From NCBI GenBank assembly GCA_018398765.1, contig JAHBMJ010000399.1:108653-128652 (forward strand): a stretch of DNA of 20,000 nucleotides, written 5' to 3'. Positions 1 through 11,708 of this stretch are shown piece after piece. The stretch is from Chromera velia (Eukaryota). The notes beneath the pieces are model-generated. The model was given only the letters and a program-made list of their open reading frames with translations, made no database searches and was not told where the DNA came from. The position numbers and the translations under genes were made by a program. Position 1 is the first letter of the stretch; each line of letters starts with the position of its first letter.

Positions 1-3000
1 CTCTGATTCAGGCTGCCGCCTTCCTGCGTTCTCTCTTCTCTGTCTCTTCCGTCTTTCCTCCTCACAGACGGAGGCAGAAGAAGAGGAAGCAGCTGCCGTC
101 TTCTCCGTGTTCTTTTTATTCTTCCAAACCCCCTTTTCATGATTGTCTTCCGCCCTCCTTCCCCGAACGTACGAGTCACGCAGTCGTGATGCATGCATGC
201 ACTCTCGACGCAATTCTCCCACAGGCCGCTTCGACCGGCTCCCCCCTGCATGCCGCTGCCGAGGTTCCCCCCCCCCCTCTCTCTCTGCATGTGCAGATCG
301 GGGGGAGGGGGATGATGCCCTCCTCTGCCGATCATGCTGCTGCTGCTGCTGCTGCTGCTGCCGAGGCTGTCCATGTGGATCTCGCATGTCGGGAGGATTT
401 GGAGCTTTCGTTTCCATTTCCTCATCATCATTGTCTTCGTTTCCTTTTCCTTCCTGCTCCTCTAACCCTGCCCTTCTTCCTCCCCCTCCACGCCCTCCTG
501 CTCCCCCATTCTCTGCAGTGCCTGCTGACGCTCTGGATGATGAACTATGAGAAGGCGCAGCGAAAACGTCACAACGAGAGGAAGAAGACGAAGAAGAGGA
601 AGCGACACCTCTCTGTTGAGTGTCCGGCTGTCTCTTCTTCTTTCTCTTCCAAGCCGGGGCGGCAACTACTCGCAGGAGGGACCCCTTAACCCCTCTGTTG
701 TCCTCCACGAGTGCCGCCCCCGCGCGGGACAGCCCCTCTGACTCTCCTTCCTTCTCCCTCTCTTTTCCGTTTCTCTGCTGTCCTTTGTCTCTTTGATGCG
801 TTGAAGAAGCTGCAGACGCAGATGACGCCCCTCCATGCGCTGCCCAGTCTCCCCCCTTTTGTGTGTCGATGCCTTTTTTTCCCTTCCTACCCCACCTCCC
901 CTCAGGTTCAGATTCGGATGAGGAATCCGAAATGTCGATAATCTCCGTCTGCTGAGAGGCCGACGTTTGGCCAGAGGGGGACCTGTGGGTAGACACGAAA
1001 GGTCTGTCTCTCTCTCTCCCCCCTACCCTCTCTCTAGAGAGACCCGGAGCATTGGGGAAGATCCCTCGCTCTCGATCTCTTTCTCCCTCGGCGGTTCGGG
1101 GGGAAAAGGTTCGTCTTCTTTTCTTCTGCCCATCTCCCTCGAGCTCCCTCTCCCTCGGCTGTTGTTGCTGTGAACTTCGGTGAGGCCGGCTTTGGCTCTG
1201 ATTCTCCTCCGCTGCCCCCTTTTCTCTTTCCCTTCCTCCACCTCTGCCTGTCCTCTCTTTTTCTCTGATCTCTCTCTCGTCTCGGTGCTCCTGCTGCTGC
1301 TGACGGCTTCTTTTTCGGTCACTCTGACGAGCTTCTCCTGCAGCAGCAGCAGAAGCGGCAGCAGTGCCATGACGACTTCTGCCCTCATGCTCCAGAGGCA
1401 CGCCCCCAGCGGCACGATGATCAGAGACCGCCCCCCTCCTCCTCCCCACCAGTCTCCTCAATTCTCCTCTCGTTTCCTCCTCCTGTGCCCACACCTCTTG
1501 AACAGGCTCGGCTTCTCTCTCCCGTCTCTCTGTGTCTCTGTCTCTGTCTGTTGGTTCGATCAAATTTTGTGTGGGAGGAAATGAGCTGGAGGTGGCGGAG
1601 GAAGACTTGAGAGAAGCCGAGGCAGAGAGCGACAGGGGCAGTGTTGGGTCTCCAAACGGATTCTCTAAACTTCCCTGCTCACCCACTTCAAACACCCCCC
1701 CCTCCCCTCCACCTCTCACGCCTCTGAGTCTCGAGGTATCCCGATCAGCAGAGAGGGAGACGGGCTGGGTGAGAGGTCTCTCTTGATCCCCCTCTTTTTC
1801 CTCCTCTTGATCTCCCCTTGCCCTTTCTCTCTGCACCCCATCACCCCCCTCCATATCCACATCTTCAGCCCCACCCTCACCCTCTTCCTCTGTTCCCGTC
1901 TCCGTCTCTCTCTCTCTTCTCCCCCCTGTCCGACCAACCCGCCCTGCAGGAAGAGGGCCCCCTCTCCCCCCCCCCTCCCCCTCCCCAGCAGGTGCCTCTG
2001 GTTGGGAGACGCACGGGAAGAGGTCAACGAGGAACCCGCAACTCCTTGAAGGCCCCTCTCGCTCTCGGGGACGAGTCGGGGGCTCAGAAGACAAGAGGGG
2101 GGACCGCAGGGGTGATACAAGGTCAAAGGAAGACCGCAGAAAAGCCCCAGAGGGCCTTCCCGTTCTAGGGGGGGGAACTCTCTCTTCTGCAGGGGGTCTC
2201 TGCAGGGAATCATGCAAGGGAGATATGGGGGGGGGGAGCTCCTCGTCATCTCGCCCACCCACAGGAGCTGCCCTAGCGCTGTTCCTGCTGTTGTTGGCCT
2301 CCATTCCCTCCAGACCCCCTATAAGGACACGCGGAGGGTCCAGAAGTCCTCTTCCCAAGCCCTCAACACCCCCTTCTTCTTCTTCTTCTCTTTCTTGCCT
2401 GGGCCCTCTGTGGTCCCTTTCTTGCCTGGGCCCTCTGTGGTCCCATCTTCCCTTCTGGTTTTGTTCAGAGACAGAGGGGTCTCGGGGAGATCCCTCCACT
2501 CGTCCTGCTGATCTTCTTCTGTCTCTTCTCATTCCTTCCGTATCCTCTCCCTCCTGCTGCTGGTGTTGGGGGTCTCTGGAAAGGACAACTTTGGGACTGT
2601 CAGCAGGAGATGTGAAGGGAAATTCTCGGGAGGGGTCCTCCTGTCTCTCTCTCACATCAGATTCTTCACTCCTCATGTCCCTCTGGCCCTCTACCTCTTC
2701 CTGGCGGGGTTCTCCGGAATGCCCCCGCTCCTGTGGCTCTGCTGCTGCTGCTCCACTCTCATGCTCTTCTTCTCCCTCTGCACCAACACCCTCGTCGACA
2801 ACCGCAGGCGCATGCTGCTGTATCGCAGGAGGGACCGCAGGAGCCTCCTCGGAGATTCGATTTTGGTCTTCATCTGGATGTCTTGAGACAGACCGAGAGA
2901 GCGAGGGGAAGGGAGACGGAGGGGGCTGATCAGAAGGGGGAGGAGTGTCGCCTCGTTGTTGTCGGGTGGGTTTGTGGTGTTCATCTGCGGGGTGTGGGTG

Positions 3001-6000
3001 CGGTCTGCACGGGGGCGAGGGGGCACCTTCCCTTTCCTCTTCTGTAAGCTGGCTCTGTTCAGCTTCCCCTGTTGTTGGCTTGCCGGGGCACCTCTCCAGA
3101 GTATTCTGGGGCCTCTGACCAGGGCAGGGCGGTGCTTGCTGCTGCTGCCGAGACTCTGGTTGATCAGCCTGTAAGGGCTCATCGGAGTTTTGGGTGGAGA
3201 TGGGAGGGGCAGAGGGGCGGGAGGCAGAGGAGGGCGGCAGGGACGCAGACGCAGAAGCGCTCCTTCCCTCTCCACTTCGAGACAGAGACGGGGGCATAAG
3301 TTGAGGGGGGGGGGGGGGGCCTCCTTTGGGATTCTGCATCGACAGCGTGGGGGGATTTTGTGATTCGACTGCAGGGGGAAGAGTAAAGAGGGACCGAGAG
3401 GACAGGTGAGAAGGCGGAGCTTCCCCACTACTCGGCTGCCCACCATTGGCACTCTCCTGCTGACTTTGAGATTGCGATTGGCTCTGTGACTCTCCTTGCG
3501 GGCGCACAATGCACCCTTCAGCAGCCACAGCTGCAACTATACCCGCCCCCATTTCACCTCCCATCTCTCCTTCTTCTCTCGAAGCCGCGCCTGCATTTCC
3601 ATCCCTTTCTCTCTCCCTCTCCTCCACCTCTTTGTCCTTGTCTCTCTCTCCATGCAGGACCTCAGCATCATCCTCCGTTGCTTCTCCTCCTCCATCTGTC
3701 CCTTCTTTCTGCACCTTCCATGCCTTTCCTCTCTGCTGTCTCTCAGGAGAGGCAAGGACTGCACTCCTATCAGCACCTGCCGCTCCCTCGTCTTGTTCTT
3801 GTGCTGTTTCTCTCTCGCCTTCTTTTGGGGTCTCTCCATCCGATTCGTGCGGCTCTTCTTCTTCTTCTTCTCTTTCTCTAACAACACCTCTGCTCTCGCT
3901 CTCCCCCTCCCCCCCTCTATGGTTCATTCCCCCCCCTTTCTCCTGTGACGGCAGACAGTCAGCGACCGGGTCGATGTACCGAATGCGGGAGGAGAGGGGC
4001 GTCGAGGACCTCCCGTCTGAAGAGGCGACACTGACACTGGGCGTCTCTCTCTGTCCGTCTCTCTCCCTGCATCCTCTCTGTCTCTCCCTCTGCCGACGCA
4101 CGAGGGCAGGAGCAAGGGGGGCCCTCCGAGAAGGGAAAGAGAAAGCGTCAACAGAGGGATCGTCGGAAGAGTCCTCACAGCCACCTGACAGAGAACCGGC
4201 AAGGAGACCCACTTGGCCGCCCTGTCTCTGTCCCTGTCTGCCTGCTGCTGCTGCTGCTGAGATCTGCTGAGCCTTCCCTCTGCTAGCTGTTCCTCCTCGC
4301 CTGTCTTCTGTACTGTCCCCTTCTGGCCTCTGCCTGTGCTCACGGCAAGCGAATGAAGAGACACGATGAGCATGAGGGTCCCCTCTTCGGCCCCGTGTTG
4401 GGTGAATCGAACTGACGGGACTGGGGGGGGGCATTTGACGTCGAGCCCTGTCTTCCTCTTCTTCCTGTTGTCGTTGAGGAGAAGTGGGGGCCTCGTGCTG
4501 CTTCTGTTGCTGAGGGGACACCGGTTGCGTCTCTGAAGGGCCCCGTATGTGGCTCGCGGGAGACCCGGAGAGGGGGGCAGGGGAGGCGGGGGGCCGTTGG
4601 GGGGACATTGCAGAGGCCCCCCCTTTTTCTTCCCTTCTTGTCCCCCCACCGTCTGCCTCAGTGTCCTCTCCGCTCACGGCGTCCAAATCTTCAGCAGAAG
4701 AGGGAGAGGGAGGAACAGCCTGAGACGGGGGGAGTTTGGAGGGAGAGGCTGGGGGAGCAGGGAAAGAAGACTGGAGACGATCATCACCTCTTTGGCCATG
4801 CCCAGAGGGAGGTATGGCACTCCCGTCAGGATTTTGCAGCAGCAGTTCATCTGCATTGTTGTTGGGCTGCTCTCTTGTTTGATTCGCTTGAGGTTTTTTG
4901 AATGAGATCAGGCTGCTTGACAGAAGGGCCCCTTGCCCACTCTCTCGACGCCGTCTGTCTTTTTCCTCCTCTTCCCTCTCTCTCTCTTTGTCTTTGTTGA
5001 ACAGCACAAAGGGAAGTGCAGAACCTTCCTGAGACCCCAAGTGAATGCGCCTCCCCCCGTGTGAGGAAGAAGAGAGGGACACAGAAGAGGAGAAACGGTG
5101 AGACGACGAAAAAAGAGAAGAGGACCCAAAGAAACAACGGGGGGGAGGCGAGAGATTCCCCTCCCCCTCTTTTGCCTGCTCTTTCTCTTTCTCTTTCTGC
5201 CCCCTTTCCAACAGACTCTCTCCTCCTCCTCCTTCCTCTTCTGCTTCTTCTCTATCTTTATTTTCCTCCCCTTCACCCATCTTTTCCACACTCCCCTCAA
5301 TGCCCTCCTCTCTTGCCACTGCATACCCTCTCCATCTATGGAGCGTCAAAACACCCCCCCTTCCTCTCTCTCCCTCCCTTGCCACCGCACCCACCTCCTT
5401 CCCTCTCTCCTTCTCCTTCTTCCCCTCTTTCAGGTTGGAGCGAAATTGGGAGAGAGACAGAGAACCAGACTCAAACACTGCAGCAGCAGCGGCGGCGGCC
5501 ACAGGCACGTACGCAGAACCGGCACAACACATGCCCTGACTCGGCGACGAAGTATCAACAGCAGCATCAGCAGAACGGGCACGGGGCTGTGTCGGCGTGA
5601 TGCTTTCAGACGCCGCTGATGGTTTGGGGTCAGGGTAGGGTCTCATGACATGCCCTGCGTCCTGCTCTTTCAAATTGTCTTTCTGTTTCTTCTTCTTCCT
5701 TTGCGTCTTTGTGTTCAGATTCTCTTGTGACTGGGAGGAGTCATTCTCCTTGTCCTTCTCTGAATCCTCGTCTTCCTCTTCCTCTGTCAGAAAAGAGGAT
5801 TCATGATGGCTGGAAGGCTCAACTGGGGCCCTTCTCTGCAGTTGACAGATCTCTCTCTGCTCCTCTCCGTCTCTCTCAACACGATTGTCCTCCCCCCCCT
5901 CTCTTCCTCTTACCTCACGCACACCAACCACACCTCCTTCCTCTTCACCCCCTCTTTTGATCCTCGTGTTCCTGTTATGGGATGATTCCTCTTCCTCTTG

Positions 6001-6163
6001 TACACCCGCGGTAGCACGGCCCGTCTGCCTCTCCACTCCCCCTCCTTCTCTCTGGGGAGGAGAGTCAGAGGCTAGAGAAGACGAAGAGACGGACTCCGGA
6101 GGGGACGCCTCACCGCTCCCTCTCACTCGGCCTCTCTGGCGAAGGCACGGACGCTTCAAGTGG
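1..6163 (-). CDS. Exon 8 (runs off window) of large hypothetical low-complexity protein; ~2,054 codons open
   Basis: Acceptor ...ccttcattgcag|c at 6163, phase 2, matches the preceding exon. The frame with codon starts at multiples of 3 reads HLKRPCLRQRGRVRGSGEASPPES... to ...ENAGRRQPESE at position 1. I translated 6163 to ~3900 by eye and spot-checked many lines below that without finding a stop. The ORF track lists no stop-terminated ORF in this frame. The product is S/E/R/G/P-rich. Confidence 0.85.
2390..2444. repeat. 27-bp in-frame tandem duplication in coding sequence (DHRGPRQER x2 on minus strand)
   Basis: tttcttgcctgggccctctgtggtccc at 2391 and 2418, with no filler between copies. Confidence 0.95.
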
Positions 6164-6668
6164 CTGCAATGAAGGAAGGAAGGGAGGAAGGAAGGAAGAG
6201 GGCAAGGGAGGAAATGAGAGGGGAAGGGAGGGGGGGGTGACACGTGCTCTCAAGTTGTACGATAGAGAGACAAACGAACACACAGCTTTCATGATCTGTC
6301 TTTTCCTTTCCTTTTCTTGACAGATCATCGACCGGCATGCAGACTCCGTGTTCTCTCACAGACGGAAAGACACACATACAGGGACAGAGACAGACACGGA
6401 CAGACGGTATTACTCATCTTCTTTTTTCTTTCGCCCTTTCAAGACATGCAGCCAAAACATGAGTCGAGGGTGGATGGTTCACACACACACCCGGCTGCAT
6501 GCATGACAAGATTACAAGCGATCGGTTGACTGACTCAATTAATGCAGCGACCAAATCAATCAGTGGACCAACCAAACACCCAAACAGTCATCAACTATCT
6601 ACCTGCGAATCCATCAAACACACACACAAAAGAAAGCCGACTAGTCCATCGCTCGCTCTCTTTCTGAC

Positions 6669-7488
6669 CTTTTCATAAATTGCGGCCCCAACCGGAAGCC
6701 CTCCCCTCTGTCTCCCTGTGTCCCTCTGATTCCAACTCCACCCCAACCTCCTGCAGAAGCAGAGTCGGGCCGCAGTGCCGCCGCAACACCCCCCCAAGGT
6801 GCGGGGAATGCGAAGGGGAGCCGGCTGCCGAAGGGATGAGGTCGTGGGGGAGCCTTCGGAAGGGCCCCGCGTTCTTCTTCTGCCCTTCTGCGTTGTCTTC
6901 CCGTCTGTGAGTCGATGTCGGTCAACTCACTGGAGCAGCCTGGAGAAGCCGCTGTGTGTGTGTGCTGAGGGTGCAAAGGAGCAGGACCGCACTCTCTCTC
7001 CAAGGGAGGATCGGGGGAGTCCGACGGCCCTGCCTCAGTGGGCCCGTCTGGCTGTGCCGGCGCCCCTCTTGGCTTTTTGGGACCATTTAATTGTGCCGGG
7101 GCCCCTGTGGACTCTGGCGTGTCCAGACCCTCCATCGACATCGTCTCTTCCATTCCCTCTCCCTCTTCCCCCTCTTCTTCTTCTTCTGCTACTAGAGGTC
7201 CCACCATCCTTTCCGAGGAGAACGGAGAGTCTTCTAGAGAAGCCCCAGAGGCAGCGGAGGCACAGAGTTCCTCTGTGGGAGGGAACGGACTCGAGTTGTT
7301 GTTTTTTTGAGAATCCGCACAGGGCGATGAGGAAGAAGAACACGAACCCTCATTCCCATTCCCCCCCGTCTTCTTGGAGAACCTTCTTCCACTTCTTCCC
7401 CCTTTCCCTCCCCCCTCTCCGTCCTGTCCGAACTCTTCAGAGACCGGAGAGGCAGAAGAGGAAGCCTGGCGAGATGGGGGTCGGCCAC
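6669..7488 (-). CDS. Exon 7 of large minus-strand gene
   Basis: Acceptor cttccttccag|gt (phase 1) and donor aaaag|gtcaga (phase 2). Lies within ORF 6641..7534, and phases match both neighbouring exons. Confidence 0.75.
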
Positions 7489-7881
7489 CTGGAAGGAAGT
7501 AGGGAAGGAAAGGCAACAGCCACAGAGAAATCAACGAATGAATGACTGCGTGTTTGTTTGTTTGTTTGGGCGAACTGCATGTGTTGCAGTGGAACCTAGG
7601 AGGAAGGTCGCACGCGGGAGGGAAGGCGAAAGAAAAATGACACCACGAGTACTACGCTACGAGCAGGGACTGCAAGAGGGGGGCATCACGTGTGTGATTT
7701 TTCTCTTGCTTCTCCGCTGCTAGCGCTCAAACTTCCGGGTGTCTCTCTGCGTTTCTCTGTAAACGAGAGAAACAGAGAGAAAGAGACAAGAAGAGAAGAG
7801 AGGAGGAGCAAAGAGAAAAGAAAACGGGAGACAAAGAAATCTGTCACGCGCTCCGTCGTTCTCTACATTGCTCATCATCTT

Positions 7882-7884
<3 letters not shown>

Positions 7885-7919
<35 letters not shown>

Positions 7920-7958
7920 AGACACAGACACAGACACAGACACACACAGAGACACAGA
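7885..7958. repeat. Intronic (CA)n/(CAGACA)n microsatellite
   Basis: Seen directly in the sequence. Confidence 0.95.
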
Positions 7959-7983
7959 GGGAGAAAGAGAGAGACAGACTGAC

Positions 7984-8482
7984 GGAATGCGTATCTTTCC
8001 AAGGGCTGTCCTGAGGACCCGGAGCCAGAGGAAGGGGAGGGGGTCCCTCCAGGGTCGCCTTCTCTTTCCGTCTCCTTCCCCTTCCTTCTCTTCAATTTCA
8101 GCCAACTCTCTTCTGTGTCCCTTCCTTCTTCTCTACTCTCATGACCCCCTTCCTCTCTCCCCTCAAAGGCAGCCGCCACTTCTCCAGATACACTTCCTAC
8201 CACCCCTAAAGGAAAGTCCCGACGACTCTGCGGCTGCCGATCTTCATCTCTTCCTCCTTTTTCTCCTACGCACATCCGAGTTCCCTCTTGTCTCTCCATA
8301 CCCCGCCCTTTCCGCTTCTCCTTCCCCTTCACGGCGAGAGTACGGAGACAAAACTTGGCCCGAGAGGGGAAGCTCCAGTCATCCTCTCCCTCTTCTTCTC
8401 CCTCCCGCTCGGCCTCTCCTCTGTCGTTTCCACAAGCTCCCCCCCCCTCTTCTTCTTCCTCCTCCAGAGGTGCCGTGTCGTC
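7984..8482 (-). CDS. Exon 6 of large minus-strand gene (DDTAPLEEEE...QPLERYAF)
   Basis: Acceptor ctctcttgcag|gac (phase 0) and donor ttcc|gtcagt (phase 1), followed by a microsatellite-rich intron. Lies within ORF 7844..8629. Confidence 0.75.
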
Positions 8483-8697
8483 CTGCAAGAGAGGGAGGGC
8501 AGAACAGCACGGGACACAGTCACAACAACAAGAAGAAGAAGAAAAAGGAAACGAGTGGAGGGGGCAGGTGCGAATGGACGCGCAAATGAAGAGTGGCACA
8601 GCCGTGCGTGGAAGAAAGAGACGTACCAAGAGAGAAAGGACGGAAGACAGTGAATGAGTCAGAGCTTGCCTGCCTGTCTGTCTGCCTGTCTGTCCAC

Positions 8698-9260
8698 CTT
8701 CTCTTCACTCCTCCATGCAGAGACTCCGAATGGAGTTGGCATGAGACGATCGAGGAGTCACTTAAGTGAGCGCATGCCGAAAGCACAAGCAAAACTCTTT
8801 CTTACTCATATCATTCAATTCCTCCTCAGAAACAGGCATCCAGAGCTCTCGTACATGCCGAAAGAGATCGAGGAAGGGTGGACGCAACCATCCCATTCTC
8901 ATCACAAAAAAACCGGCACTCCGGTTCCTCAGCTTCTCTTTTTTCTTCAGACCGGCCGCAACAGATCGACGTACAATCTCTGCTTCTCCCCTCTCTCCCA
9001 CAGGACGGGAACGCCCATGCTCAGCAGAAGAACGAGAGGCAGCAGCCGGAGAGGAAGATGAAGGACTAGAACGCAAGGGGGCAGGGGACACAGAGAGACG
9101 AGAGGAACCCGAACCCCCCCCCTGCTGTCTTCTGAGAATCCCCCCAACAGCCCGAAGATCTCCAAGACCCTCCATCTCTCTCTCTATCTCCCACCCTCCT
9201 TCCGCCTCTCCAGATGGGTCGGGGAGAGGGAAAGAAAGAGACTCAAGTCCCATCAGCTCT
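8698..9260 (-). CDS. Exon 5 of large minus-strand gene, apparently frameshifted at 8758-8764
   Basis: Acceptor gtgtgtgcag|a (phase 2) opens ELMGLESL...CFRHALT* (TAA 8764-8762). A second frame, LLDRLMPTPFGVSAWRSEEK, ends at donor aag|gtggac in phase 0, matching exon 6. The exon end is uncertain. Confidence 0.6.
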
Positions 9261-9709
9261 CTGCACACACGCAAACGCCCACACACAGGTACAGAGACAT
9301 ACGGACGCACGAGCACGCACAGATCAGAAAGGACATTCAAAAAAGAATCGAAAGGCGGAAGGAAGACTCTCAAAACCAGAGAAACCGGTCTGAGGGCGAA
9401 AGGTGATTCAAAGACCGTTGAGTTGGCCAGTCAGTCAGAGTGACTTTGTCAGCGCACTTCTACTTTGCTCTCAGTCTGTCTGTGAGTCCCCACACCCGCT
9501 GAGACGGAGCATCCCAACCTCTCTTGCCGTCCTTCCTTATCCCTCTTCCTCTCACCGATGGAGGCAGACAGATGTTAATCAATGAATGGAACGGAAAAAG
9601 GAAAACGTCAGAAGGATGCATGGAGGGAATCCTTGACTGACACCGTCCCAACCCTCCTTGCCTCCCCCCCTCCCCCTGTCCAGAATTAATGACTTACTGA
9701 CAGACCAAC

Positions 9710-9786
9710 CGAATCTCCTCCTCTTGACTGGCGGAAGCAAAGGGCAAATCTCTCGTCATCGTTCTCATGTGGTTGGCCCTTTGCCT
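9710..9786 (-). CDS. Exon 4 of large minus-strand gene (RQRANHMRTMTRDLPFASASQEEEIR)
   Basis: Acceptor tgacgcag|agg (phase 0). Donor is cg|gttggt at 9710 or the same-phase alternative ca|gtaagt at 9698 (both phase 2). Confidence 0.7.
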
Positions 9787-9807
9787 CTGCGTCATAAACA
9801 GCAAATG

Positions 9808-9817
<10 letters not shown>

Positions 9818-9888
<71 letters not shown>
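9818..9888. repeat. Intronic compound (CA)n(GA)n microsatellite
   Basis: Seen directly in the sequence. Confidence 0.95.
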
Positions 9889-9891
<3 letters not shown>

Positions 9892-10090
9892 AGAAGACAC
9901 ACTTCCTTGCACATGCATGCACACACAGAGAGGCGTTTTGTGTTGAGGAAGCTGATTTGCCCAACGAGACAGGCGAACTGCTGCAAAGCTAGCCTCACAA
10001 ACGAACGAACGAACAATCCACAGCCCATTCAACTTCCCCCCCCCCCCCCTCCCTCGCTCTCTGACTGACTGAATGCATACACTGACTGAC

Positions 10091-10216
10091 CATTTTGACG
10101 GCCTCGTTGGCCCTCTGGACTGCTGCCCGCACGTCCGGGAGAGTGTCGACGAAAGGAATTGTGCCTCCCCAGGGATACCCGTCTCCCCTCGGCCTCGGCC
10201 AATAGCCTCCTTGGGC
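10091..10216 (-). CDS. Exon 3 of large minus-strand gene (AQGGYWPRPRGDGYPWGGTIPFVDTLPDVRAAVQRANEAVKM)
   Basis: Acceptor tgtgtgcag|gcc, the last of five duplicated copies, and donor aaaatg|gtcagt. 126 nt, phase 0/0. Confidence 0.8.
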
Positions 10217-10586
10217 CTGCACACAATTTATTTTCATAGAGAATTCTTTTGATGTAGAAATAAACACAGAAATAAATAAATAAATACAGGCCAGTAACCT
10301 CCTTGGGCCTGCACACAATTTATTTTCATACAGAATTCTTTTGATGTAGAAATAAATACAGAAATAAATAAGCACAGGCCAGTAGCCTCCTTGGGCCTGC
10401 ACACAATTTATTTTCATACAGAATTCTTTTGATGTAGAAATAAATGCAGAAATAAATAAATAAATACAGGCCAGTAACCTCCTTGGGCCTGCACACAATT
10501 TGTTTTCATACACAATTCTTTTGATGTAGAAATAAATACAGAAATAAATAAATACAGGCCAGTAGCCTCCTTGGGCCTGCACACAA
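10197..10586. repeat. Tandem array: 5 copies of a 30-bp splice-acceptor block alternating with 4 AT-rich fillers (periods 92/88/92/88)
   Basis: ggccaRtaRcctccttgggcctgcacacaa starts at 10197, 10289, 10377, 10469 and 10557. Fillers are 62/58/62/58 bp. Confidence 0.97.
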
Positions 10587-11046
10587 AGGGGGCGAGAGGG
10601 GGAGGGGCAAGGCTGGTGGACAGGCCTGGGGATGAAAGCCCAAACAGCAAAAAGGACAGCAAGCAAGCAAGCAAGCATGTTTTGGATGAATGGAGTTCGA
10701 CGGAAAAGAAAAGGAAGAGAAAAATGTCCAGTCGTCGGCAGGGAGGGAGGGGGACAGAAAGAAGCGAAAAGTTCCGCATGCACAGATTGCTTCGGAATGA
10801 AAGGATAGGTAAATGAGAATGGAAGAGGATATCACCAAGTGGTTCCTTCAGCAATTGCCAAATGAAATCAGGAAAACACTTCCGCTCTCTGTCGGTTTCG
10901 TGAAGTCAGAAGAAAACCCAGTCAGAGAAACCAATCTTTGACAAGCCATGACATGCTAATTGAATCTCGAGAGGGGTGAAAACGGCCGACTGAAATAAAC
11001 CCACCCACACACACACCCATCCCCCATGCATTCCACCCACTGAGCG

Positions 11047-11629
11047 ACCCACCTGGGATCTATCCACAAGCACCCGCCCAAAGTCCGCCCATGCATTTAT
11101 TTTAATGAAATAATGAATAATTTAAATGAATTCTGCATGAAAATAAATGAACAAACCCACCTGGGATCTATCCACAAGCACCCGCCCAAAGTCCGCCCAT
11201 GCATTTATTTTAATGAAATAATGAATAATTTAAATGAATTCTGCATGAAAATAAATGAACAAACCCACCTGGGATCTATCCACAAGCACCCGCCCAAAGT
11301 CCGCCCATGCATTTATTTTAATGAAATAATGAATAATTTAAATGAATTCTGCATGAAAATAAATGAACAAACCCACCTGGGATCTATCCACAAGCACCCG
11401 CCCAAAGTCCGCCCATGCATTTATTTTAATGAAATAATGAATAATTTAAATGAATTCTGCATGAAAATAAATGAACAAACCCACCTGGGATCTATCCACA
11501 AGCACCCGCCCAAAGTCCGCCCATGCATTTATTTTAATGAAATAATGAATAATTTAAATGAATTCTGCATGAAAATAAATGAACAAACCCACCTGGGATC
11601 TATCCACAAGCACCCGCCCGAAGTCCGCC
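11047..11629. repeat. Tandem array: 108-bp unit, 6 copies of a 43-bp splice-donor block with 5 identical 65-bp AT-rich fillers
   Basis: acccacctgggatctatccacaagcacccgcccRaagtccgcc starts at 11047, 11155, 11263, 11371, 11479 and 11587. Confidence 0.98.
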
Positions 11630-11708
11630 ACACCCACCACGGAGCCCCGCCTGCCGAGACGATCAGACCGAGTCTCCAACTCGCACACACGAAGCTCAAC
11701 AACAGAAC
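11593..11708 (-). CDS. Exon 2 of large minus-strand gene (GSVVELRVCELETRSDRLGRRGSVVGVADFGRVLVDRSQ)
   Basis: Acceptor gtgtctacag|gt (phase 1) and donor cccag|gtgggt (phase 0), the first of six duplicated copies. Confidence 0.8.

Noticed and set aside
143..6172. Numerous overlapping plus-strand and off-frame minus-strand ORFs
   Set aside because: Shadow ORFs of the long low-complexity minus-strand exon, with no recognisable domains.
6929..6931. Consensus-like donor tcca|gtgagt within exon 7
   Set aside because: It gives phase 1, incompatible with the phase-2 open frame at the 6163 acceptor. The donor at 6669 fits.
10197..11629. CRISPR-like repeat/spacer appearance of the two arrays
   Set aside because: The spacers are identical or near-identical, the repeats are copies of local exon-intron junctions, there are no cas genes, and the context is eukaryotic.
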